A program made the translations under genes and the position numbers. Shown piece by piece: positions 8,535-16,751 of a DNA stretch of 21,880 bases. The DNA lies in contig JBFXGD010000048.1 in assembly GCA_050178385.1 (NCBI GenBank), forward strand, positions 1 to 21,880, read 5' to 3'. The notes beneath the pieces are model-generated. The model saw only the letters and a list, made by a program, of their open reading frames with translations. It ran no database searches and was not told where the DNA came from. The first letter of the stretch is position 1. Each line of letters opens with the position of its first letter. The stretch is from Calditrichaceae bacterium (GTDB lineage: Bacteria; Calditrichota; Calditrichia; Calditrichales; JBFXGD01).

Positions 8535-9464
8535 ATGTTGTCGCAGTTTAAAATCGGACACTATACAAATCGAGAAAGTTCCACCGGCTGCACGGTCATT
8601 CTGCCACCGGATGAGATTATCGCATCCGCTTCGGTTCGGGGCGCCTCACCGGGTACCAGGGAACTGGCATTGCTTTCGCCAGAGCGTAAAATCAGCAGTA
8701 TTCACGCGCTGCTGCTTACGGGGGGAAGCGCATTCGGATTAAACGCCGCGCAGGGGGTAGTTGAATATCTGGAGGAGCAGAACAAAGGTTATAAGACACA
8801 TTATGGCATTGTACCGATTGTACCCGCGGCGGTGATATTTGATCTAAATATCGGGGATGCGAAAGTCCGTCCAACGTCGGCTGACGCCCGCTTTGCCGCT
8901 GAAAAAGCCGAATATAATAATCGGCTGATGGGCAGCATAGGCGCCGGAACAGGCGCTACCGTTGGGAAATGGAGCGGTATCGAGCGCGCCATGAAAGGCG
9001 GAATCGGTATCAGTGAAATCACTCATGGAGCATTAAAAGTCGCTGTGATCGCGGTGGTAAATGCGGTGGGAGACGTTATTGATAAAAACGGTAAAATCAT
9101 AGCGGGCGCGATTGATATTAACAACCGGTTTATTGCCAACGACAATCCCTATATACGATGGGGAAAGCCTGATGTCGGGCTGGTGGAAAACACGGTATTA
9201 TGCGCGGTGATGACGAACGCGGCGGTCTCCAAACAACAGGCGTATTATCTTGCCGACCGGGCTCATAACGGAATTGCCCGCAGAATCGAGCCGGCACACA
9301 CGAGTTATGACGGTGATGTTACGTTTGTTATGGCCAAGCCGGAAAAAGAAGCGGATATTGACGTCATCTCATCAATGACGGTGGAGGCTGTGGAAATCGC
9401 TATTCTTGAAGCGGTAAAAAATGCCGATCCCGTGTATGGATTTAAATCATATAAAAATTTATAA
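8535..9464 (+). CDS. P1/S58 family peptidase (DmpA/NylC/ThnT-like Ntn-hydrolase)
   Basis: 309 aa. Motifs GASPGTRE, LTGGSAFGL, VPIVPAAVIFDL, GAGTGATVG, VNAVGDV and HTSYDGD. Probable autocleavage site N|T in ENTV. Confidence 0.9.
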   Translation: MLSQFKIGHYTNRESSTGCTVILPPDEIIASASVRGASPGTRELALLSPERKISSIHALLLTGGSAFGLNAAQGVVEYLEEQNKGYKTHYGIVPIVPAAVIFDLNIGDAKVRPTSADARFAAEKAEYNNRLMGSIGAGTGATVGKWSGIERAMKGGIGISEITHGALKVAVIAVVNAVGDVIDKNGKIIAGAIDINNRFIANDNPYIRWGKPDVGLVENTVLCAVMTNAAVSKQQAYYLADRAHNGIARRIEPAHTSYDGDVTFVMAKPEKEADIDVISSMTVEAVEIAILEAVKNADPVYGFKSYKNL

Positions 9465-9487
9465 ATCATATATTCAGAAAGAATCAG

Positions 9488-10078
9488 ATGATCTCTGCTA
9501 TGATTGACAGACTCGATCTGCTCAATTTCAACATTTTTCTTACCAGCGCGTTATTTTTCTTTGCGGGATACGCGCTCGCGCCGACCGCATCCTATAAAAA
9601 AATCGGCTGGATTCTGGCTTATCCCCACTGGATTGTTTCAAAGCTGGATTATTTAATAAAGCAAAAATGGAATCCGGTAATCTTGTTTCTGTTTATTTTT
9701 TTGGTAAACGGAATATCTCTCTTTATAAATTTATTATCCGGACACATCCCCGGTCTGCCGTTTCTGTTTGCTCTGTGGATGGGTGTTGATATTGGAGTTG
9801 TCAGTTATGAGACGCTTGAGGGGAAATATTTTTATACGGCGCTTCTCAATCCTGTCGCTCTGTTTGAATTGCCGGCGGCATTTATCTCATTTACTATGGC
9901 ATTTCAATACAATCTGATAAATTTAAATATTCCTTTAAAGGGAATAGCGGCGGTACAGTTTTCAGAATATATACAGCTGTTTATTGAAATTGTTTTGCCG
10001 CTGCTTCTGATCGCGGGAATACTGGAAACGGCTCTGATTAATTTTTCACAGAAACTGGAAGATCATAAAGATCTTTGA
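9488..10078 (+). CDS. Integral membrane protein, SpoIIM/DUF95-like
   Basis: 196 aa with about 5 hydrophobic segments. PVALFELPAAFI and PLLLIAGILET resemble the SpoIIM-family PHGxxELPA and PLLxxAAxxE motifs. Confidence 0.65.
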   Translation: MISAMIDRLDLLNFNIFLTSALFFFAGYALAPTASYKKIGWILAYPHWIVSKLDYLIKQKWNPVILFLFIFLVNGISLFINLLSGHIPGLPFLFALWMGVDIGVVSYETLEGKYFYTALLNPVALFELPAAFISFTMAFQYNLINLNIPLKGIAAVQFSEYIQLFIEIVLPLLLIAGILETALINFSQKLEDHKDL

Positions 10079-10095
10079 ATCAGTGATCTAAACTA

Positions 10096-10551
10096 TTACT
10101 TTTCATCCAAAAGATCATCCATTCGTTTGTTGTCCTCAATTCCGTTTTCGTCATATTTCTGATAGTTACTTCCGTACCCTTTATCCTGACGGATCTGATT
10201 GAGTTTATTCTTTTTTAAGTAAAGCTCGGCCAACTTTTGAGGATCAAGCCCGACCAACTGGCATTTACTGACCCAAAAATGCAATTCATCGATCAGTTCA
10301 ATACGGATATTTTCCCAGTCAATATCACTATAATCCTTCCACCATTTCCACGGAAGTGAATCTTCCATTTCGATCGACTCATGAATCAAAGCCCGGTTAT
10401 AGTTTAAAAGCCATTCAACTCTTCGGCGGACTGTTTCGCTGTCCTGATTATTCTGGTCACACACCTGATCATAATCCTGCTCGTGCCGCTCTTTTAAAAT
10501 ACGCTTGTTAAGTTCATATTGCTTTTCGAAAATTACTCTTAAAATATCCAT
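10096..10551 (-). CDS. Dimeric all-alpha dUTPase (dUTPase_2 / NTP-pyrophosphatase family)
   Basis: 151 aa. Motifs HESIE, PWKWWK, IELIDELHF and YLKKNKLNQIRQDKGY. RBS AGGAGA. Confidence 0.85.
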   Translation of the reverse strand: MDILRVIFEKQYELNKRILKERHEQDYDQVCDQNNQDSETVRRRVEWLLNYNRALIHESIEMEDSLPWKWWKDYSDIDWENIRIELIDELHFWVSKCQLVGLDPQKLAELYLKKNKLNQIRQDKGYGSNYQKYDENGIEDNKRMDDLLDEK

Positions 10552-10562
10552 TAAATCTTCTC

Positions 10563-11978
10563 CTATTGATCCAGGTTTTGATTAAAATTGGTTTTGATAA
10601 ATAAAAATTGAGTTTCCGCTCCCCGTTTGACAAAAAGACTCAAATAAGATGGTTTTGTTTTTTCAATCACGTCAAAGGCCTTTTTCATTTCATCGGGACC
10701 GTTCACTTTTTGTTCGTTTACCATCAGGATCAGATCGCCCACCGAAATACCGGCGATATCCGCCCAACCGGCCCGTTCGACTTTTGATACCCAAACGCCT
10801 TCGGTATCGAAATCCAGTTGTTTTGCAAGAATAATATCCTTTGTCAGCTCTTTTATGCTAAAACCAAGCGTTGAATTAGAAATTTCATCGGCAAGGAACT
10901 GACTGATCGGTATATCCGAAAGAGTTACGGGAACCTCAAGATGTTTTCCATCACGAAATATCTTAAACGCGACAGGGGATGTTGTCTGGTTCCTGATCAG
11001 TTTTCTAAGAACTTCCAGGTCATTGTTTTCTTCGGCATAAAGCGGAAAATTAGCAATAGAGGTGATCACATCACCCGCTAAAAGTCCGGCATCATCAGCC
11101 GGTGAATCCTGCATAACCGTGTTGATAAGAATACCCTGAACATCCGGATTTTTATAATATTTTGCCATGGATCTCGTAAAAGGCTGCATATAAATTCCCA
11201 GCCATTTTTTCCGTGATGTTTCTTTTTCCTTATATACGGGAGGATCAACAATGAGATCTTTGAATACTGAGTAGGGTGAAATTTCCGAAAGCGATGATGA
11301 CTGTCCGTTATCAAACTCAAATGATGATGGTTGGGAATCCTTGATTTGAATGATTCCCGAGGGTTTTCCTTTATCATCGAGCACAAGGCCAAAACCGGAT
11401 AGGTTTCGGATATTGTATTCGGCAAGATAATTTGCCGATGGTTTCTTTAGTATGGCATTTATAAAAGATTCATTGATGATCATTTCGTAATCATATGAGG
11501 ATCCAAGATGGGAAACTATCAAAACTCTGCTTCCCAATTTTAATTTTGCATTCTCGTTGAATCGTATGGCGCGTTGCGCAGGTTTTGATATAAGGCGGAT
11601 AAATCCGACACCTTTATCATCATCTTTGCCGACAAATTCAGCGGGTTGGTAATTTCCCCCCGGAAATTTGACCATAATATCCTTCGGGACTTCAGAGTGG
11701 GTAAAAAAGGACGGGGAATCGCTGAATTCCAGGCTCGCTCTGAAAATGCTGGAGGGGGTCATGATTAAGCCGTTGTCATCGACCAGCAGGCCGGTGACAT
11801 GTTTTTTCATACGGCTCTTATCAATAATGGACTCGGATGTTGAGATTTGTTCAAAGTATTCAACAAGGACAATTTTATCCTGTATTTTTTTGACGGCGTT
11901 TTGCCAATTATCATTTGATGCTGTCGCGAATGAGAAAAGTATTAAAGAAAGCGCTATAATTAAAGGAAATCTCGGCAT
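10563..11978 (-). CDS. Exported HtrA-like protein with a degenerate trypsin-like domain and two PDZ domains (probable pseudoprotease)
   Basis: 471 aa with signal peptide. PDZ1 runs WLGI...DSPADDAGLLAGDVI and PDZ2 LGFSI...AGISVGDLI. The N-terminal domain is colinear with the neighbouring HtrA but lacks TNxHV, DLA and GNSGG. Confidence 0.8.
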   Translation of the reverse strand: MPRFPLIIALSLILFSFATASNDNWQNAVKKIQDKIVLVEYFEQISTSESIIDKSRMKKHVTGLLVDDNGLIMTPSSIFRASLEFSDSPSFFTHSEVPKDIMVKFPGGNYQPAEFVGKDDDKGVGFIRLISKPAQRAIRFNENAKLKLGSRVLIVSHLGSSYDYEMIINESFINAILKKPSANYLAEYNIRNLSGFGLVLDDKGKPSGIIQIKDSQPSSFEFDNGQSSSLSEISPYSVFKDLIVDPPVYKEKETSRKKWLGIYMQPFTRSMAKYYKNPDVQGILINTVMQDSPADDAGLLAGDVITSIANFPLYAEENNDLEVLRKLIRNQTTSPVAFKIFRDGKHLEVPVTLSDIPISQFLADEISNSTLGFSIKELTKDIILAKQLDFDTEGVWVSKVERAGWADIAGISVGDLILMVNEQKVNGPDEMKKAFDVIEKTKPSYLSLFVKRGAETQFLFIKTNFNQNLDQ

Positions 11979-13313
11979 CTATTCGTCTCCTTTTATCAGG
12001 GCGTAACGGTTTCGCTTGCCAAACTTCAGAAACAGCATATGGGGTTTACCGTCATCCGCAATAATTTGCCCGTACTTATTTTTAAAATCATTAAGATCAG
12101 TTACTTCGGCGCTGTCGATCGATACGAGGACATATCCGCGATCGAGTTCCGCTTCATCAGCCTTGCTGCCGCGTCTCACACCCGAGATAAGCACGCCCCG
12201 GTCAGAATCCATCTGAAAGTTTCTCACAATGCGGGGGGTAATTTCCTGAACCGAAAGACCCCATTCATCACATTGGAACTCAGAGCCGCTGAATTTTCCC
12301 TGTTTTCTTGAAATCACATTGACAGTTCTTTTACTGCCCTTATGGATTACATCAAATCTGATTTCGCTGTCGATTGGCAGGTTTGATATGAGCAAACGAA
12401 GCTTTGGGAGTTCTTCCTGATAAACCGCGGAAACCGCATTTCCGTTAATCCCGGTGATCACATCTCCGGGTTCCAGCCCAGCCGAGTCGGCGGGAGAATT
12501 TTGATCGACGGAAGCAATTAGCACGCCTTCAAGGTCCGGCTGATTCTTGTATTTCCGGTATTCCTTGATTTCCTGCCAATCAATTCCCAGCCACGATCGC
12601 TGAACTTCCCTATGATCCAGAAGCTGATTTATTACATAGCGGGCGGTATTAATTGGGATGGCAAAGCCGAGATTCTCGCCGAAGACAACAGCGCGTGCGT
12701 TGATCCCGATAACCTTTCCATCCAGATCGACCAGAGGGCCTCCGCTGTTTCCGGGATTGATGGCCGCGTCAGTCTGTATCCACAGGTTAAAGGGTGAAAT
12801 CATCTCCCCCACATCTGAAAAGTAGCGGTCGATGGAACTGATTACTCCCATTGATAATGAGCGCGCCAGACCCAGCGGCGAGCCGAGAGCAAGCACAATC
12901 TGACCGACTTCGAGACGGTCACTTTCACCAAATTCCGCGTACGGGACGGAGGTAAGACCCGCCTGCGCCAGATCCAGTTTCAGTACGGCAAGATCAGTCC
13001 AGGGATCGAGTCCGACAACTTCAGCGTCCAGCTCAATTTTAGATGACAGCGTGCACCGCACAAATCTTGCTTTCTCTGCCACATGATTATTTGTAAGCAC
13101 ATATCCGTCACGACTAAAAATCACACCGCTGCCGGTAACTTGTACTTTTCGCTTTTCACCGGATGTAAAAATCTCCTTTACGGGTTGAATATGAACCAGA
13201 GCCGGGAATACCTTCTCTCTGGCCTGCCGGATTTGATCGTTCAGACTCTGTCCGTTTACAAAATTTATAAATAATACAGATAGAAAAATAATCATTAATC
13301 TGCCGGAGATCAT
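11979..13313 (-). CDS. HtrA/DegP-family serine protease (S1C) with two PDZ domains
   Basis: 444 aa with signal peptide. Catalytic triad TNNH77V, D107LAVL and GNS190GGPL, plus IQTDAAINPG and GFAIP. Confidence 0.95.
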   Translation of the reverse strand: MISGRLMIIFLSVLFINFVNGQSLNDQIRQAREKVFPALVHIQPVKEIFTSGEKRKVQVTGSGVIFSRDGYVLTNNHVAEKARFVRCTLSSKIELDAEVVGLDPWTDLAVLKLDLAQAGLTSVPYAEFGESDRLEVGQIVLALGSPLGLARSLSMGVISSIDRYFSDVGEMISPFNLWIQTDAAINPGNSGGPLVDLDGKVIGINARAVVFGENLGFAIPINTARYVINQLLDHREVQRSWLGIDWQEIKEYRKYKNQPDLEGVLIASVDQNSPADSAGLEPGDVITGINGNAVSAVYQEELPKLRLLISNLPIDSEIRFDVIHKGSKRTVNVISRKQGKFSGSEFQCDEWGLSVQEITPRIVRNFQMDSDRGVLISGVRRGSKADEAELDRGYVLVSIDSAEVTDLNDFKNKYGQIIADDGKPHMLFLKFGKRNRYALIKGDE

Positions 13314-13636
13314 GGCATATCCTTCCCTAATATGTTCAATTTGCGTCCCAGAATATTTTCTACGCGATCGGTTTTGCTCCGCAGCCGGCTTTCACTGCCT
13401 TTCCGGTAATCAATTTTAACAGATATTGAAATACGCGAGCAATCCTTTTCCAGTTCCAGAAAACATTTTCTTACAACGTCCATGACTTCGGTATATTCCC
13501 CTTCGAGAATGGTGGCCATTGCACTCAATTGATATGTTACACCGCTTCGGTCAATGATATCCAGAATGCGGGCCACATAAGGTGACAGACTTTCTCCTTT
13601 ATCAAGCGGGCTCATTGTAAACTCTAGTAAAACCAT
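13310..13636 (-). CDS. MTH1187 family (thiamine-binding-like) protein
   Basis: MVLLEFTMSPLDKGESLSPYVARILDIIDRSG...SAMATILEG...KIDYR. Start moved from 13687 to the ATG at 13636 because GGAGG sits at 13641-13645, giving 108 aa. ATGA overlap with the HtrA start. Confidence 0.88.
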   Translation of the reverse strand: MVLLEFTMSPLDKGESLSPYVARILDIIDRSGVTYQLSAMATILEGEYTEVMDVVRKCFLELEKDCSRISISVKIDYRKGSESRLRSKTDRVENILGRKLNILGKDMP

Positions 13637-13711
13637 AAAACCTCCAGAAATTAATTCACCGGATAAAATAAGAAAGACTGAATTCAAAAATAACCGAAGA
13701 ATGACCTGAAA

Positions 13712-14116
13712 TTATTTGTCCTTTGATTCAAGCGTCCTGTTATAGAAAGCAAGAAAGCGCATGGATCGAAATAACAGAATAAAGTAGATTAAAACTAATC
13801 CGAGGAGAACTCCCATTCGGGAAAAATTGGATATCATTTTGTACCAGTGCAAAAAACCGCTTAAAAAAATTAAAAGGGCCATAAACGAAAGTAAGCCGGT
13901 ATAAAAATGTAATTTTCCGGTCTGTACGGGTTTAATTTTTTTTTCCTGCTTCAATTCAAGCATCATAATTATAAATGCGGCGAGACTTAAAATTACCGCT
14001 AAGATAAATTTAGTCGCGACCATCCAGTCAAAAATCTCAAAAATAAAAAAACTTATAACAAATGTCAGAATCGGTATAAATTCATATAATGATTGTTTGT
14101 TCTCCAGCTCCTGCAT
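13712..14116 (-). CDS. Hypothetical membrane protein, about 4 TM helices
   Basis: 134 aa with four hydrophobic segments, RBS AGGA and an in-operon position. No family recognised. Confidence 0.75.
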   Translation of the reverse strand: MQELENKQSLYEFIPILTFVISFFIFEIFDWMVATKFILAVILSLAAFIIMMLELKQEKKIKPVQTGKLHFYTGLLSFMALLIFLSGFLHWYKMISNFSRMGVLLGLVLIYFILLFRSMRFLAFYNRTLESKDK

Positions 14117-14134
14117 GCTAATTTCCTATCTCGG

Positions 14135-14881
14135 CTATGTTGGTTTTTTCATTACAAATATCTGACGCGGTGAACTGATGGTGAAAGGAGAGCCGTCAAA
14201 ATTCCCAAAAACATTGATAATCTCAAATCCAATATTTTCAAGATGATATCGAAGTTCGGCGACGGTATAATCGCGCACGTGAAACATTCGTTTAATCCGT
14301 TTTCCATCCGGCGCTATAATTTGTCGTTCATTGGTTATGATGCCCGAAATGGGATTGTGGGATATTTCATCAAGAATTAAATACTCATCGCTGGTAAAAA
14401 ACCAGTTTCTTTTACGGTTTCGCTTTAGAAATTCAATGGGGTTGAAATAGTCAATAATCAGGTATCGATCACGCTTTAGACCTGCATAGACACGCTTCAG
14501 AATTTCCAGATTATGCTTATCATCAAAATAAAACAAGGAAGAGAACAGACTGTATATTAAATCATATTTATCCGTTTCTTCGAAATCGTTCATATTTTTA
14601 TGAATAAATTCAGGAGGCTTTGACAATCCGGCGGTATTTTCCTTTGCCATATTTAAAAATTGAATAGAAAGATCCATTCCGGTGACACGATTAAAACCAC
14701 GGCCCGCGAGTTCAATAGAATGTCTTCCGTGACCGCAGGCAAGATCCAGGATCATACTGTTCTTATCTATTTCCGAATGCTCGACAAGAAAGTTGACTTC
14801 TGTTTCTGTTTGTTCCTTTCCGGTGATTTTATCAATAGACTTTAAATAATACTCATCGAAATAATCTTCAGTCCAGTGCAT
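14135..14881 (-). CDS. Class I SAM-dependent methyltransferase
   Basis: 248 aa. Motif I ILDLACGHGRH, VTGMDLS and YDLIYSLFSS. RBS GGAG. Confidence 0.9.
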   Translation of the reverse strand: MHWTEDYFDEYYLKSIDKITGKEQTETEVNFLVEHSEIDKNSMILDLACGHGRHSIELAGRGFNRVTGMDLSIQFLNMAKENTAGLSKPPEFIHKNMNDFEETDKYDLIYSLFSSLFYFDDKHNLEILKRVYAGLKRDRYLIIDYFNPIEFLKRNRKRNWFFTSDEYLILDEISHNPISGIITNERQIIAPDGKRIKRMFHVRDYTVAELRYHLENIGFEIINVFGNFDGSPFTISSPRQIFVMKKPT

Positions 14882-14941
14882 AGATACTCCATTGACTAAA
14901 ACAAATCATTCATCTGAAAAACGAGCGGCCGTAAAAAATCT

Positions 14942-15979
14942 TTAAATAAGATTATATTTGCGGATACTCTTAAAAAGTTCCTGAAGAATAACTTTGGTAA
15001 TACCGGTCGCCGGTACTGCCAGAAGCATCCCTACTATGCCAAAAAATTGTCCTCCGATGATGACCGCGAAAATAACAAGCAGCGGATGCATGTCAACACT
15101 TTTCGCGACAACAAGCGGTTGAATTATCACATTATCAATTAACTGGATAACGGCGAACGCGACACCGACCATCAATAGACTCTGTCCATCACCGCCGTTC
15201 ATGATTACCACCAGCATGGCGGTGACCGCGCCCACTAATGGGCCGACATATGGGATCATGTTGGCAAGTCCCGCAAATACACCGATAAGAATGAAATAAT
15301 TTACATTCAGCATCCAGAGAGCGATGATAGATAAGGCACCTACAATCATTGCGTCAAAAAACTGGCCGCGCAAATAGCCTCCAAGCTGCAGGTCAGTTTT
15401 ATAAATCATGTTCAGCACCATTTCAAAATAGCGGTTTGGTATAATGTTAACAAAAGCTTTTTTCATACTCCGGCCGTCTTTTAAAAGAAAAAACACGGCA
15501 AACGGAATGATCACAAGCGTGGTTATAAGTGAAACAAGATCAAGAATATGTGAAAAGAACGTCCCGGAAAAGGCTGATAATATATTATTTATACTTTCCT
15601 CAAGCCCTAATTCCTGACCGGCAAACATCGGTAAGTTTTCCCTGATCATATCTTCGATTTTCATAATAAACGATGAGCCCAAATCCGATTGAATGCCTTT
15701 CTGTATATTACTGATTTCAATAATCAGCCGGGGTACCAGAAAATAACCCATCGCTGAAAAAAATACGAGAATTATAAGAAAAATGACGATTGTAGCCTGT
15801 GTACGGGACATGCCTTTCAGTTCAAAATAACTGGCAATGGGATCAAGGATATATGCAAGCAGACCAGATACAAGAAGAATTGTAATAGTGGATCTTAAAG
15901 TCAAAAGAAACCATCCGATCCCCGCCAGAATCATAATTATGACGATGAACTTGATAAATCGTCCGACTGTGTAATCCAT
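14942..15979 (-). CDS. AI-2E family transporter (UPF0118/PerM-like)
   Basis: 345 aa, multiple TM segments. Motifs LAYILDP, FFLLKDG, GYLRGQ, IPYVGP, QLIDN..IQP, MHPL and GMLLAVP. Confidence 0.92.
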   Translation of the reverse strand: MDYTVGRFIKFIVIIMILAGIGWFLLTLRSTITILLVSGLLAYILDPIASYFELKGMSRTQATIVIFLIILVFFSAMGYFLVPRLIIEISNIQKGIQSDLGSSFIMKIEDMIRENLPMFAGQELGLEESINNILSAFSGTFFSHILDLVSLITTLVIIPFAVFFLLKDGRSMKKAFVNIIPNRYFEMVLNMIYKTDLQLGGYLRGQFFDAMIVGALSIIALWMLNVNYFILIGVFAGLANMIPYVGPLVGAVTAMLVVIMNGGDGQSLLMVGVAFAVIQLIDNVIIQPLVVAKSVDMHPLLVIFAVIIGGQFFGIVGMLLAVPATGITKVILQELFKSIRKYNLI

Positions 15980-16522
15980 TTATTTTTCCTTTTTCAATTC
16001 TTCTATTTGCCGCTCATATTCATTTAGTTTTAATTTCAATTGGCGGTTTTCAATTGTTCCGACACGCAGACGCTCCGCAATCATCTGCGCAAGCCTCTGA
16101 AGAATTTTGTTGCCTGTATGAGGGCTTGTTTCCAATAAGTTAAAAAGATCAGGCTGGAAGAACCCAAGCATTACAGCCGGCTCGATTGCCGTTACGGTTG
16201 CGGTTCTCGGACCTTCAAGAAGAAGGGCCATTTCTCCAAAAAAATCACCTTTACCCAGAGTAGCCAGCAGTTTCTTCTCTTTTCCAAGGGTGATATTGAC
16301 CTTTCCGGATTGAATAATAAACATCCCCACGCCGGGTTCGTTCTCATTAAAAATTATTTCATCAACTTTGTACGTCCGGCGGTGTAAAATGCGTTCAACT
16401 GATCTTAGTTCTTTCTTGTCAAGCTCATGAAATATTGGAATTTCTTTCAAAACGGTGTAGATGTTGTCAGCCTGTTTTTTTTCTTTTTTGAAGATGTTTG
16501 ACCAATAAGTGTCTTCTTGCAT
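15980..16522 (-). CDS. Stand-alone cyclic-nucleotide-binding domain protein with a C-terminal coiled coil and no HTH
   Basis: 180 aa. IFNENEPG, MFIIQSGKV and phosphate-binding cassette FFGEMALL...PRTATV. Tail ENRQLKLKLNEYERQIEELKK. RBS GGAGG at 16527-16531. Confidence 0.9.
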   Translation of the reverse strand: MQEDTYWSNIFKKEKKQADNIYTVLKEIPIFHELDKKELRSVERILHRRTYKVDEIIFNENEPGVGMFIIQSGKVNITLGKEKKLLATLGKGDFFGEMALLLEGPRTATVTAIEPAVMLGFFQPDLFNLLETSPHTGNKILQRLAQMIAERLRVGTIENRQLKLKLNEYERQIEELKKEK

Positions 16523-16556
16523 AGTGCCTCCGGGGCCGTTAATAAAGTTGTTTTCA

Positions 16557-16585
16557 AATATAAACCGTACTTAAAATTATGGCAA
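16557..16585 (-). promoter_or_regulatory. Putative sigma70 promoter heading the minus-strand cluster
   Basis: Minus strand reads TTGCCA-N17-TATATT, ending 34 nt before the ATG at 16522. Confidence 0.6.
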
Positions 16586-16751
16586 GGATTATCTTGATGA
16601 CTCAATTTTACACAACTTTTTTCTAAATATAGTGATGTAATTATCAGGATTCGTCATAATTTCTAAAATTTCGCTGAATTTTGAATTGAAATATTTTAAG
16701 TTATATTTTTGTCTGTGAATAAATTGGCCGGATAATAAAAACAGGAGAACA

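Noticed and set aside
13637..13687. 17-aa N-terminal extension of the MTH1187 protein given by the ORF track
   Set aside because: A strong GGAGG precedes the ATG at 13636, and the family-like sequence starts there.
13637..13711. TPP riboswitch upstream of the thiamine-binding-like gene
   Set aside because: The gap is only 75 nt and lacks the conserved CUGAGA and associated TPP aptamer motifs on the minus strand.
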